Shown piece by piece: positions 8,369 through 18,153 of a stretch of 64,000 nucleotides of DNA; within the stretch, counting starts at the first letter, position 1; each line of letters begins with the position of its first letter. Position numbers and translations under genes: made by a program. This DNA comes from an uncultured Gammaproteobacteria bacterium (GTDB taxonomy: Bacteria > Patescibacteriota > Microgenomatia > JAMCZE01), in NCBI GenBank assembly GCA_964576435.1, contig CAZNUP010000001.1:535551-599550 (forward strand), in the 5' to 3' direction. The notes below the pieces were generated by a model. It did no database searches, was not told the DNA's origin, and saw only the letters and a program-made list of their open reading frames with translations.

Positions 8369-9119
8369 AGAATAAAAAAAAGGTTTTATTAATTGGAGCT
8401 TCAGGGGGAATTGGTCACGAAACTGCCAAAGTCCTTTTAGAAAGTGACTATAAAGTAATTGGCACTTATAACACTGATCAAAAAAAGTAATTGACCTTGA
8501 AAGAAACGAAAATTTTTCGGGAATGAAGTTAGATATTGGCAAAGTAGAGGAAATAAAGAAATTGCATTCTGGTCTAAAATCAGAGGACTTTTACGCGATT
8601 ATAAACTGCTCAGGTATGGTTGAATTCGAAGACAACAATATCGCAAATGATTTAGAAGTTTGGGACAACACCTTGGCAGTGAATCTTTCCAGCAACTTCT
8701 ATCTAGCTAAAATATTTTATCCAATTATTTCCAAAAACGGTCGGTTTATTATGATTAGTTCAACCGACGCTAATTACGGCGGAGCAATTACAGTGGCTTA
8801 CGCAGCAAGTAAAGCTGGTGTAAATTCTTTAACAAAATCTCTTTCTTTGTTGTTCAAAGACAAAATGATTAGGGTAAATTCCATTGCTCCAGGTTGGGTA
8901 AAAACTCCAATGATTGCTGACAATGGAGAAAAATTTATAAACGAAGTTGCAGGTATCAATCCTTTAAAAAGAAACGCAGATCCGATAGATATCTCAAGAG
9001 TTATTAAATTTCTATTGTCAGAACAATCAGATTATATTAATGGTCAGGTAATTACAGTCGATGGTGGCTATACAAATCAGGACCCAACACTTCTTCTAGA
9101 GGAACAAACAAAAGTTTAA
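8365..9119 (+). pseudogene. short-chain dehydrogenase/reductase, frameshifted in an A7 run
   Basis: N-terminal 41 codons (MKNKKKVLLIGASGGIGHETAK…TDQKK*) end at 8490. The catalytic part (…SSTDANYG…YAASKAG…NSIAPGWVKTPM) continues in the +1 frame from 8523. One extra A in aaaaaaa near 8478 would restore the reading frame. Confidence 0.7.
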
Positions 9120-9132
9120 TTTTTAATAATCT

Positions 9133-9684
9133 TTAATTCATCATTTTAAGAATCTTTTCAAGTAGTTGTGGAAGATCAAACCATCCTGCTGATCCATTTA
9201 AGTGTTGGCCATTTTCTATAACAACAAGCTTTCCATTTAATTCTCTTGCAGCCCGCTTAGCGTTTTCGATAGGCACATAAGGATCATTGTCGCCATGAAT
9301 AATGACAAATTCATTTGAGTTAGCTTTAATTTTCTTAAAATCAAAAGGTTTGCTAAAGAAATTAGCAATTTTCTTATTTTTATTTTCCTCAATTGGCCCC
9401 GAGACTAAAATTGCACCTGCAATTGGTTGCTTAGCCTCTTGAAGATATAAATAGATTGCAGATGCTCCAAGTGAATGTCCCACAAGATATATTTCATCAT
9501 TTTTATATCGATCGCAAAATCTCTTAATTTCCTTTACCCATTCCTCAGCTTTAGGTTCACTAGGTGTAGGCATTGACAATGAAAAGGCATAAGTTTTTCT
9601 TTTATCGAGTTCTACCATAAGCCAGGATTTCCAGCTACCATTTGGCTCACCCTCAAATCCATGAATAATAAAAACTTTTTTCAT
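9133..9684 (-). CDS. alpha/beta hydrolase, YdeN/RBBP9-like serine hydrolase
   Basis: Nucleophile elbow GHSLGA; size and order match the RBBP9/YdeN family. Confidence 0.65.
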   Translation of the reverse strand: MKKVFIIHGFEGEPNGSWKSWLMVELDKRKTYAFSLSMPTPSEPKAEEWVKEIKRFCDRYKNDEIYLVGHSLGASAIYLYLQEAKQPIAGAILVSGPIEENKNKKIANFFSKPFDFKKIKANSNEFVIIHGDNDPYVPIENAKRAARELNGKLVVIENGQHLNGSAGWFDLPQLLEKILKMMN

Positions 9685-9826
9685 AGCTTATTTTAACAAA
9701 TCTTATTCGTGGATATATCTAAAATGATAAATTCTTCAGCACGAAGACACAGATTATTTTAAAGTTCAAAAGTCGCGGTGTACTAATTAAAACAAAATGC
9801 AATTAGTTTTAGAAAAGACGACTTTG

Positions 9827-10462
9827 TTAAAGAAGTCTAAGCGGCCGATTTAGCATCTGTACTACATATTTAAATATACTTTGTGGTTGGAGGTTAACCT
9901 CTTCCATGGTCAACCTTAATTCTTTTAATTCTTTTTCTTGTTCTTTGGTTAATTTTTCGACAAGTATTGGATCTGTATCTCCTCTAAAATCATCACTTAG
10001 TCTATTAAAGTAATTAGCATAAGGGTATTTTTTATCACCAATAAGAAGTCCGAGCATAGCTAGTCCAATTCGTGATTTCTCAATAACTTCAATTCTCTTT
10101 TCTTTATTCCAGTCATATGGGGTGACAATACGTCCGTCTTTATCCATAAATGGTGTTACAATTGTAAATCCTTTTTGAGGTGCAAGGTCAAAGTGCATAA
10201 CAAATGGATCTGGCCCCTTTAGTCTGAATTCGCCTACATACGTAGCAGCTCTTATAATTGGAACTAGAGGTTCTGGGGTTGTTCGGTAGAGAGGGCTAAA
10301 AGTTACTTTTCTATCTCCTTCAGGATCGTCGTAAGATACTGTCACAAAACCCAAATCTTCCCTCATTGCTCGAATGTCCGGGTTATTACGTGCCAGTGCT
10401 TCAATATTGGTTTTCGTTAAACTCATTGTGTTTATTATATAGCCTATAGTATACGAAGTCAA
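9827..10462 (-). CDS. hypothetical protein (211 aa)
   Basis: ORF only. Confidence 0.4.
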   Translation of the reverse strand: MTSYTIGYIINTMSLTKTNIEALARNNPDIRAMREDLGFVTVSYDDPEGDRKVTFSPLYRTTPEPLVPIIRAATYVGEFRLKGPDPFVMHFDLAPQKGFTIVTPFMDKDGRIVTPYDWNKEKRIEVIEKSRIGLAMLGLLIGDKKYPYANYFNRLSDDFRGDTDPILVEKLTKEQEKELKELRLTMEEVNLQPQSIFKYVVQMLNRPLRLL

Positions 10463-10636
10463 ATAACTAGACTCATTTGAAAGGATTTACATGATCCAAA
10501 AAAAATCATAAAATTTTATATGATTAAGTAAAATGCAAAAAGAACTGTTTTTTAATATTTTAAAGTTAGCAACTGTAGCAAGTGTTGCATTTACAGTACA
10601 AGGATAAAATTTGGTGAACGTCACAAAGTTAAACAG

Positions 10637-10942
10637 ATGAGTATCCACGCAGGATCAGATAATGGCTCTTTAACTCTGTCCACAACAGAAGCAAATCAGG
10701 ATATAGTTACTATAGCAACAGGACAAGCCGGAACTATCCATATAATAGATTTGGAAACAAACGAAGAACATAAAATTGGGGTTTGGGATGACAGGCGAAA
10801 GTTTGGACGTATAGGCCGTGCTGCCATGCGTCTAAATAATGGTCCAGAACAATCTTTTGAAATGCCTTTTGTGAATAAATCACTAGAAGGTTTATCAAAA
10901 ACTTTTGTTCAATGGCAACCGAGAGTCACAGTCTCTGAGTAA
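10637..10942 (+). CDS. hypothetical protein (101 aa)
   Basis: ORF. An upstream inverted repeat AACTGTA-N13-TACAGT lies at about 10574-10600. Confidence 0.35.
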   Translation: MSIHAGSDNGSLTLSTTEANQDIVTIATGQAGTIHIIDLETNEEHKIGVWDDRRKFGRIGRAAMRLNNGPEQSFEMPFVNKSLEGLSKTFVQWQPRVTVSE

Positions 10943-10945
10943 TTA

Positions 10946-13240
10946 TCAAAATTGTGTGGTCAATTTCTTTAAAACTCCTTTTAGAAGTTTAGTTTTAACA
11001 GGCTTCAGATCTTTTGTGCCGGTTGCATCATAGTGCCAACCTTTAATCTCAAAATCTCCATCTTTCATTGATTTAACTAATAAATCCTTTTGTTTTGTTT
11101 TTCCACCTTTAACAAACAAAACATTTGGATCGGGATTAACTGTCTCCTCGCCAACTTCTTTATTTGTTTGAATCTCAACATTTGGATCAGTCGAATAATA
11201 TAAATTTACTGACGCCGGCTCAGCGAAAGCAATCGGACCAATGAGAGAAAGTCCCAAGAATTGTAAAATATCAGCAACTGGTTGTTTCGAATTTAAATAT
11301 TCGATATGTTCAAGTTTGTAATTCTTATTAATTGCACCAGAAACATTAGAACTACTTGCTAAAACAGTCCCATCACCCACATCTTTTTTAGAAACTTTTG
11401 GGTCACCATCTATCCAAATTCCATTCGCTAAATCTTTTGGTTTAGTAGGTTTAACTGTTAATTCAGAATCAGTCGCTTTCGGTTTATTTCCAGATAAAGC
11501 CAGTGTTCTAGAAGAAAAGTCTAGTGAAAGTGGAAGATTAAATAGCACCGGGTTTTTCCCCACACTGGACAAAGAAGAATATGGTTTACCAACTATATAA
11601 TCATGTATTGGCATAAAATCATGTGCTCCGGGCATTCCAAGTTGGATCGCTTGTGTTTTGTTTCCTCCGCCATTTAGTCCAAAATAAAGTTCCGCACCAA
11701 ACTTTCCTAGTGGGTCTAGTGAAGAAAGATCTCCGCCCTCCCAAAACGCATAATCAGCTACTGCACCTTTATGTGGTGTTCCCGCTGTCACTATTTTGTT
11801 TATCTTGTCCTTACAAGTCGGAACTTGTTCAAAACAATATCTAGCAACTAGTCCTCCCATAGAATGTCCAACAATATCGACCTTTTGGCCAGGATTCTTA
11901 GTTAATACTTCATTATCTAGATATTCATTAAGCCAAGCACCAGAAACACCAATTGTCTTAGTAAAATCATAAGCAAAGAAAAAGACTTTGTCGTTTCTCA
12001 AGTAATTTAGTTTACCAAGTGCATTAAGGAATGGATTATAAATTGATGGGGCCTGGAACGGCATCATCGTCCAGTCACGATAGCTTGTCGGCTGATGTAA
12101 AAGAAGTCCCTTGGTAGAAAAACTTCCTCCAAAACCGGGAATAACTACAATTGGGTGAGGTCCAGGCACGGGTGTTGGACTAGGAGTTGGAGTTGGTGTT
12201 TGAGTGGGTGTTGGAGTTGGACTTGGAGTTGCAGAATTTGAGGCCACAAAAATTCCCAAACCTTCAACGCCTGCTACTACAATCCCATTTTTAGCATCAA
12301 TTCCCCAGGTATTGCGGTCTCCCCATGAGGGGTCTTGTACATTTTCCCAAGTTTCTCCAACGTTAGTTCCCTTCCAGATTCCACCATTTGGATTGGAAAA
12401 AATAACACTGGCATATAGGGTGTCGTCCAAATCTTGAGAAAGTCTGTAAACTTTACCTTTGGGTCCTCCCAATAACCATGTCCACGAAACACCATTGTCT
12501 ATAGATTTATAGACCCCCTCATCAGAGTCGAAATGAGCGGTATAAATAATTGAGCTATTAGTATTGTCAATAATGATGCTGTCACCAAAAGCTTTGCTTA
12601 GTGGTAGTACAGTCCAATTAAGTCCAAAATCATCGCTTTTATAAAAAGCAGGGTCAGTACCTATAAACAACCTATTCGTGTTTGATCTATCAAATTCAAT
12701 TTGAGCCACATTTGTATTTCCTATCTCAGTTACCTGGCTCCAATTATTTCCACCGTCAGTTGTCCTAAATACTCCTTGACTCCCAAGCATTCCGATATAA
12801 ATTACATCTTGGTTTGAAGGGTTAATTTCAATTGTCTTTGGTGTACCCGTGTTGTAAATTTTTTTCCAAGTAATCCCTCCATCATCAGTTAGATAAAATC
12901 CAGACCCCCAAAGCCCAATCACTATTAGTTTGGAGTTATTTGAAATATCAGATATCCATGTTATATCACCTGTATTAGGCAAGTTTCCCTTAATACTTGT
13001 CCAAGTTTGACCATTATCAGAACTTTTTAATAAGTCATATAATCCATTTTGATCTGCTGCGGCATAAACTGTGGAGTTAATAGATGAAGAAAATTTTATA
13101 AAACCAATCCTGCTCGTTAATACATTGTAAGTATTGTACCAAGTTAAGGGAGAAGCATTTGCAAATTTTGGAAGTATACTAAAGGTTGCAAATATTAAGA
13201 GAAAAAATAAATATGAACTTATTATTTTCTTAATTAGCAT
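10946..13240 (-). CDS. secreted fusion protein: BNR/Asp-box beta-propeller, Pro/Thr linker, LCAT/PGAP1-like lipase domain, C-terminal domain
   Basis: Signal peptide present. At least five SxDxGxTW Asp-box repeats (SSDNGQTWTS, TDDGGITWKK, TTDGGNNWSQ, SDDFGLNWTV, SIDNGVSWTW). PT-rich linker. Lipase elbow VDIVGHSMGGLVARY. Confidence 0.7.
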   Translation of the reverse strand: MLIKKIISSYLFFLLIFATFSILPKFANASPLTWYNTYNVLTSRIGFIKFSSSINSTVYAAADQNGLYDLLKSSDNGQTWTSIKGNLPNTGDITWISDISNNSKLIVIGLWGSGFYLTDDGGITWKKIYNTGTPKTIEINPSNQDVIYIGMLGSQGVFRTTDGGNNWSQVTEIGNTNVAQIEFDRSNTNRLFIGTDPAFYKSDDFGLNWTVLPLSKAFGDSIIIDNTNSSIIYTAHFDSDEGVYKSIDNGVSWTWLLGGPKGKVYRLSQDLDDTLYASVIFSNPNGGIWKGTNVGETWENVQDPSWGDRNTWGIDAKNGIVVAGVEGLGIFVASNSATPSPTPTPTQTPTPTPSPTPVPGPHPIVVIPGFGGSFSTKGLLLHQPTSYRDWTMMPFQAPSIYNPFLNALGKLNYLRNDKVFFFAYDFTKTIGVSGAWLNEYLDNEVLTKNPGQKVDIVGHSMGGLVARYCFEQVPTCKDKINKIVTAGTPHKGAVADYAFWEGGDLSSLDPLGKFGAELYFGLNGGGNKTQAIQLGMPGAHDFMPIHDYIVGKPYSSLSSVGKNPVLFNLPLSLDFSSRTLALSGNKPKATDSELTVKPTKPKDLANGIWIDGDPKVSKKDVGDGTVLASSSNVSGAINKNYKLEHIEYLNSKQPVADILQFLGLSLIGPIAFAEPASVNLYYSTDPNVEIQTNKEVGEETVNPDPNVLFVKGGKTKQKDLLVKSMKDGDFEIKGWHYDATGTKDLKPVKTKLLKGVLKKLTTQF
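12120..12245. repeat. low-complexity GTTGGAGTTGG-type DNA repeats encoding the Pro/Thr linker
   Basis: Tandem near-repeats ggtgttggactaggagttggagttggtgtttgagtgggtgttggagttgg. Confidence 0.5.
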
Positions 13241-13268
13241 TAATTAATTTATTTAATAATTCACATAT

Positions 13269-14036
13269 ATGTCAATAGGGGGAAATTTAAGTGTAGTTAT
13301 TCCTACTTATAATTGCTCTAATCTATTAGATAGATGTCTCAAAAGTGTAAAGTGGGCAGATGAAATAATTGTGGTTGATATGGGTTCGACTGATAATACA
13401 TTAGCAATTGCAAAAAAATATAAATCAAAAATATTTATTAGATATCCAATAAACGGAAACTTTGACGAAAATAGGAAATATGGAATGCAAAAATGCTCGA
13501 GTCAGTGGATACTAAAAATTGACTCTGATGAGTATTTGACAAGTGAATTAAGTGAATCTATCCTCCAAGCCATTAAAAAAAATGAGTCCGACTACAATGG
13601 ATATTTGCTATTTAACAAAATAATTATGTTTGGAAAAGTAATCAGTACAGGTGTTATTAAAAACAAATCAAATGAATTGAGACTAGTTAAAAATGGTTTT
13701 TGGAAATATTTTCCCTATAAATATCATCAACAAATTTATGTTTCAGGAAAAGTTAAGTCTTTAAAAGGTTTTTATTATCACGAGAATTATAGAACTGTAA
13801 ATGAGTTCATACAAAAAACTAATAAGTACACAGAATTAGATTCTAAAATTAACGCAAATCAGAAAAAAGTAAATTTATTCAAAATTTTGGTAGCCCCGTA
13901 CTTGAAATTTTTTTCATATTTTATTTTGCAAGGTGGCTATAAACAAAATATAATCGGATTTGAAACGTGCTTTTTATTTAGCTTATATAATTTTATTGAC
14001 AAGATAAAAACTTTTGAAAAGCAGAGCAATTTATGA
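13269..14036 (+). CDS. glycosyltransferase family 2
   Basis: LSVVIPTYNCSNLLDRCL…EIIVVDMGSTDNT. Confidence 0.8.
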   Translation: MSIGGNLSVVIPTYNCSNLLDRCLKSVKWADEIIVVDMGSTDNTLAIAKKYKSKIFIRYPINGNFDENRKYGMQKCSSQWILKIDSDEYLTSELSESILQAIKKNESDYNGYLLFNKIIMFGKVISTGVIKNKSNELRLVKNGFWKYFPYKYHQQIYVSGKVKSLKGFYYHENYRTVNEFIQKTNKYTELDSKINANQKKVNLFKILVAPYLKFFSYFILQGGYKQNIIGFETCFLFSLYNFIDKIKTFEKQSNL

Positions 14037-15163
14037 AGATAGCTTTGATTCGCGGTGATTTTGCAAACCCTTGGGAACTCCAAAACTTTAGCTCAATTGG
14101 GCAAGACCAAAAGATGACTTTGTTCACGGGCAGGCTTCCAATATCTAAAGAACTTCCTAGTGAATTAGAAACGAAGTCGCTTTATAGTCCTATGGATTTA
14201 AACTTTGGTTCAATTTCAAGAATGAAAATGGCATTTCTTAACAGGGTATTTTCAAATCCACACATGCTTTTTGGATTGGAAAAAGAATTAAAAGGGTTTG
14301 ATATTGCACATTCAGCCGAAACATATTTTTACTTTACAAAACAATCAATAGCGGCAAAGAATGAAGGTAGTGTTAAATTTGTAGTTTCGACGGTTTGGGA
14401 AAACATTCCATTTAATAATGAGTCGTTATTAGGTTTTAAGAAAACAAAAGAATTTTGTAGAAAAAATATTGATCTTTTCTTACCTGTAACAATCGGAGCT
14501 AAAAAGGCTCTAATTGAGGAAGGAGTAAAAGAGGAAAAAATCAATGTATTAATGCCCGGTATAAATATAAATAAATTTATCCCTATTCAGAAATATAAAA
14601 ACGAAAAAAAATCAAAAAAGAACAAGTCGATTCTTTTTGTAGGTAGGTTAGAGGAAGACAAAGGAGCATATGATATGGTTAGTATATTAGGCCCGAAAAT
14701 ATTTAATACAAACATCAATTTGGTTATCATTGGGAAAGGATCATTGGAGCAAAAAATTGTAAATTATGTAAAAAAAACTAGAAACAAAAATATACAACTA
14801 ATCCGAGAGGTAAAATATGAAGATATGCCAGCAATGTATAACAAGGCTGACCTTATGATCCATCCCGCATTTGGCTCAAAAACTTGGCAGGAACAATACG
14901 GAATGGTCTTAATCGAGGCAATGGCTTGCGGCACGCCTATAATAGCTGCTAATTCTGGAGCAATTCCGGAAATATTAGGGAACGCTGGAATGGTAAAAGA
15001 TAAAAAAAGCATTTTTTTTGAAGCTTTAAATATGATTAATAATAAAAGCCTGTTAATTAATATGTCTTTGTTATCAAGAAAAAGAGCAAAGGCAGAATTC
15101 GACAAAGAATCGTTTTCTAAAAATTTGGCTGGCTATTATAATAATTTGATGCGAAGAGTCTAA
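14033..15163 (+). CDS. glycosyltransferase family 1 (GT4-like)
   Basis: C-terminal GT1 signature FVGRLEEDKG…EQYGMVLIEAMACGTPIIAANSGAIPEILG. Confidence 0.8.
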   Translation: MKIALIRGDFANPWELQNFSSIGQDQKMTLFTGRLPISKELPSELETKSLYSPMDLNFGSISRMKMAFLNRVFSNPHMLFGLEKELKGFDIAHSAETYFYFTKQSIAAKNEGSVKFVVSTVWENIPFNNESLLGFKKTKEFCRKNIDLFLPVTIGAKKALIEEGVKEEKINVLMPGININKFIPIQKYKNEKKSKKNKSILFVGRLEEDKGAYDMVSILGPKIFNTNINLVIIGKGSLEQKIVNYVKKTRNKNIQLIREVKYEDMPAMYNKADLMIHPAFGSKTWQEQYGMVLIEAMACGTPIIAANSGAIPEILGNAGMVKDKKSIFFEALNMINNKSLLINMSLLSRKRAKAEFDKESFSKNLAGYYNNLMRRV

Positions 15164-15170
15164 ATTATTT

Positions 15171-15974
15171 ATGAGTGAAGAGTTATTAAAATGTCCCAAC
15201 TGTCAAAAAAAAGATTGGTTTCTTTATTATTCACAAAAAGAGTTTGCGTTATTAAGGTCCCCCTGTGGGTTAATTAGAACCATTGTAAAAAGAAAAAACG
15301 ATTTTGTTAGCGGTAAAATATATGAATATAAAAGTGAGGCAAACAAGCATTACCGCCATCAAGCTAAAGAATTTACCCAATTTGCAAAATCTATAATAAG
15401 ATTTCTTGATAAAAAAGGTGGAACCCTCCTTGATATTGGATGCGGATTCGGATGGGTTGTTAAAGAAGCCAAAGATCAAGGATTCAACTCTACTGGTATA
15501 GACTCTTCTCATCCATACACTGAATTTGGTAAAAAGAAGCTAAATGTTGATCTTAAAAATGTTTCTCTAAAAGAATTTAATACTAAAAAAAAGTACGACA
15601 CAATAATATTGAATCATGTCTTGGAACATATAGTCGATTTAAATAAATCTCTTTTTAAAATTCATTCGCTATTAGTTAATAAAAATGCAGAATTCTTTAT
15701 TGCATCTCCAAACATCAATTCCTTAATGTTTAAAATTTTCAAAAATAAGTGGTATGGATTGCAGCCTAATCAACATGTCTGGCAATTTAGTCCAGAGTCA
15801 CTTGGTGAAATTTTACGTGTAAACAATTTTAAAATTAAAAAAATAAAAACATGTAATTTAAATTATGAAGTTAAAGGGTTAAAAGGAATTATATTTTCAA
15901 TGCTTTTATTTATCGCTCCAAAAATTGGACAAGGAGATCAGATATTTTTGATTGCAACAAAAAATGAAAAATGA
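15171..15974 (+). CDS. class I SAM-dependent methyltransferase
   Basis: Motif I LLDIGCGFGWV; N-terminal CxxC. Confidence 0.7.
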   Translation: MSEELLKCPNCQKKDWFLYYSQKEFALLRSPCGLIRTIVKRKNDFVSGKIYEYKSEANKHYRHQAKEFTQFAKSIIRFLDKKGGTLLDIGCGFGWVVKEAKDQGFNSTGIDSSHPYTEFGKKKLNVDLKNVSLKEFNTKKKYDTIILNHVLEHIVDLNKSLFKIHSLLVNKNAEFFIASPNINSLMFKIFKNKWYGLQPNQHVWQFSPESLGEILRVNNFKIKKIKTCNLNYEVKGLKGIIFSMLLFIAPKIGQGDQIFLIATKNEK

Positions 15975-16653
15975 AACTTATGCAATTATTATTGATTTTC
16001 ATTCGAAGAGAGAAGTTTCAAGTCTTTCAAAGAATATTTCTCCTTTGGTCTCCAGGATAATAATTATTGATAACTCTGAAACAAACAGGGGATTCTCTAA
16101 AGCAGTTAATTTGGGAGTTAAACAAGCTATTGAAGAGGGTGCAACGCAAGTATTGTTAATTAATCCAGATATAAATATTTCCAGACTTAATCTCGAGGTT
16201 CTTCTTAATTCGAATTTTGATATTGCAGCTCCTGTTTTAACTTTCAAAAGAAACAAAGACACTATTTATGATTACGGTGGTAAAGTAAATTTTTTTCTTG
16301 GACGTCCTACTCATCTGGAAAATAGAAAATCAGAAAATATTGATTTTGTATCTGGAGCCTGTATGTTAATTAAAACCGATGTGTTTAAAAAAATAGGGTA
16401 TTTCGATGAAAGATTCTTTATGTATTTCGAAGATGTAGACTTTTGTTTACGTGCCAAACGTGATCATTTAACTGTTGGAGTAGTTGAAGATTCAATAGTG
16501 GGCCATTCTATTTCAGAGCACAAAGTAGTAAAAAATTCCGACAAAGAAAAATATATTCTGACAAGTAATTATGAGTTTATTAAAAAATGGGTTCCTTGGT
16601 ACTTTTCTCCTTTTGCCTTTTTATATTTAAGCCTTCTCAAATTAAAAACTTAA
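15952..16653 (+). CDS. glycosyltransferase family 2
   Basis: IIIDNSETN…FMYFEDVDFCLRA matches the GT2 DxD/ED region. Confidence 0.7.
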   Translation: MQQKMKNETYAIIIDFHSKREVSSLSKNISPLVSRIIIIDNSETNRGFSKAVNLGVKQAIEEGATQVLLINPDINISRLNLEVLLNSNFDIAAPVLTFKRNKDTIYDYGGKVNFFLGRPTHLENRKSENIDFVSGACMLIKTDVFKKIGYFDERFFMYFEDVDFCLRAKRDHLTVGVVEDSIVGHSISEHKVVKNSDKEKYILTSNYEFIKKWVPWYFSPFAFLYLSLLKLKT

Positions 16654-18153
16654 ATAAACATTATCTTTTCCAGCAGGCTTTATCCCAACAATAATTGGTT
16701 TAAGATTATATTTCTGAGTCACATTGTTTTGATTAACCTTATAATTGTTTCTGACCACGAAATAAGTTTTGTCAAATCTTATTGGTTTTGTTTTGTTTGT
16801 TGGAATAAATTCTTGAGATGCAATTTTCTCCAGTGGCCATCTTTCTTCTATCCAAACATTAGGATTATCCCAAAACTCCAGAAAAAACGCATTCGGATAA
16901 TGGCTAAAGCTCCCTTGAACAATTAAATGAATTTTTTTAGTTTCACTCTCTTCGTGTAATTTTTCAAAAATTGGTTTAAATCCATATCCTGATGGGAACC
17001 CTTCAACATATTGCCATTTATCAATTGCGGGGAAGTTTGCCAATTCCGGTTTTGTAATTAAAAAATAATCGAACTTAATTGCTAGAAATAATAAAAATGG
17101 TACAACGCACAAAAAGACTAATTTGTTCTTATTGCCTAATTTTTCCAATAAAAAAGATAGTGGTAATAAGAAAAATGGTAGGGTAAATAAGATATATCTT
17201 GGAAAGTAAATTCGAGCTACAAAAGAAAACCCAATCAAAGGAACAATACTTAAGATCACAAAAACTGCACCTAGCCTAGGTCTCTTAATAGTTAAATAAA
17301 TTAATGAGACAAAAAAAGCAAGCAAAATTGGTCCAGTAATGTAGTGATTTAGCCAGTCATAAGTTAAAGATAAGTTAGTGGCAAAATATATTCCACTAGA
17401 AGTGTAGTCAGTGGCTTTAGTTAAATAGTCCAAGTACCCGTGAGAAACTATTTGTAAGTTAACAATAATTTGACTAATTAAAACAGCAATTAAAATTAAC
17501 CAAATTTTTTTAAATCCACCAATAATTAGAAAACAAATTGGAGTTAAAACCTCAAACGAAACCGCAGACGCCTTAGTAAGAAGTGCTAGTCCCAAAAAAA
17601 TACCCCATAAAGCTGCATGTTTTATTTTATGAGTGTAGCCAGATTTAATTACAAAATATATTGTCCATACAAGAAAGGCACAAAGCATGGAGTCATATAA
17701 AGTCATCCGGTCGTGAAATAGCGCAAATGGGGAAATTACATATAAAAATGAAGCTCCAAGTCCAACCTTTTTACCAAAACAAATTGCACCCAACTTATAT
17801 GTCCCCAAAAGCGTTACTAGCCCAAAAAAAACTGAGGGCAACCTACCCGCAAGTAGATAGTGCTCAGGTGGTAAAACTTTTAACCAAAAGGCTATAGTCC
17901 AGATATAAGGCGCTGGTTTTCCATAAGCTAGTGGCAGGAACCATCCCGCACTCCCCGTTAGCATTCTCTTTGCCCAAAAAATATAGTTTGCTTCGTCAAA
18001 AAAAATTGGTAACAAAGTCAGGTTGTATAATCGGGTGAACAAGTAGAGGCCGATAATTATGAACCAAAACACCAAAATAAATATCTTAGTTTTATTTTTC
18101 TTTTCACTCATCACGCTCATTATAACTTGGCCTCTTATTTTGAATCTAGGCAA
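16642..18153 (-). CDS. GT-C fold membrane glycosyltransferase (family 39 / ArnT / PMT-like)
   Basis: About 12 TM helices. N-terminal loop and the FDEANY region resemble ArnT/PMT_2. Confidence 0.6.
   Translation of the reverse strand: MPRFKIRGQVIMSVMSEKKNKTKIFILVFWFIIIGLYLFTRLYNLTLLPIFFDEANYIFWAKRMLTGSAGWFLPLAYGKPAPYIWTIAFWLKVLPPEHYLLAGRLPSVFFGLVTLLGTYKLGAICFGKKVGLGASFLYVISPFALFHDRMTLYDSMLCAFLVWTIYFVIKSGYTHKIKHAALWGIFLGLALLTKASAVSFEVLTPICFLIIGGFKKIWLILIAVLISQIIVNLQIVSHGYLDYLTKATDYTSSGIYFATNLSLTYDWLNHYITGPILLAFFVSLIYLTIKRPRLGAVFVILSIVPLIGFSFVARIYFPRYILFTLPFFLLPLSFLLEKLGNKNKLVFLCVVPFLLFLAIKFDYFLITKPELANFPAIDKWQYVEGFPSGYGFKPIFEKLHEESETKKIHLIVQGSFSHYPNAFFLEFWDNPNVWIEERWPLEKIASQEFIPTNKTKPIRFDKTYFVVRNNYKVNQNNVTQKYNLKPIIVGIKPAGKDNVYLSF

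Noticed and set aside
10570-10605. Inverted repeat AACTGTAGCAAGTGTTGCATTTACAGT upstream of 10637 as a regulatory operator.
   Set aside because: This is a single occurrence. No adjacent regulator gene was found, and the motif is not repeated elsewhere in the window. It is noted only in the feature evidence.
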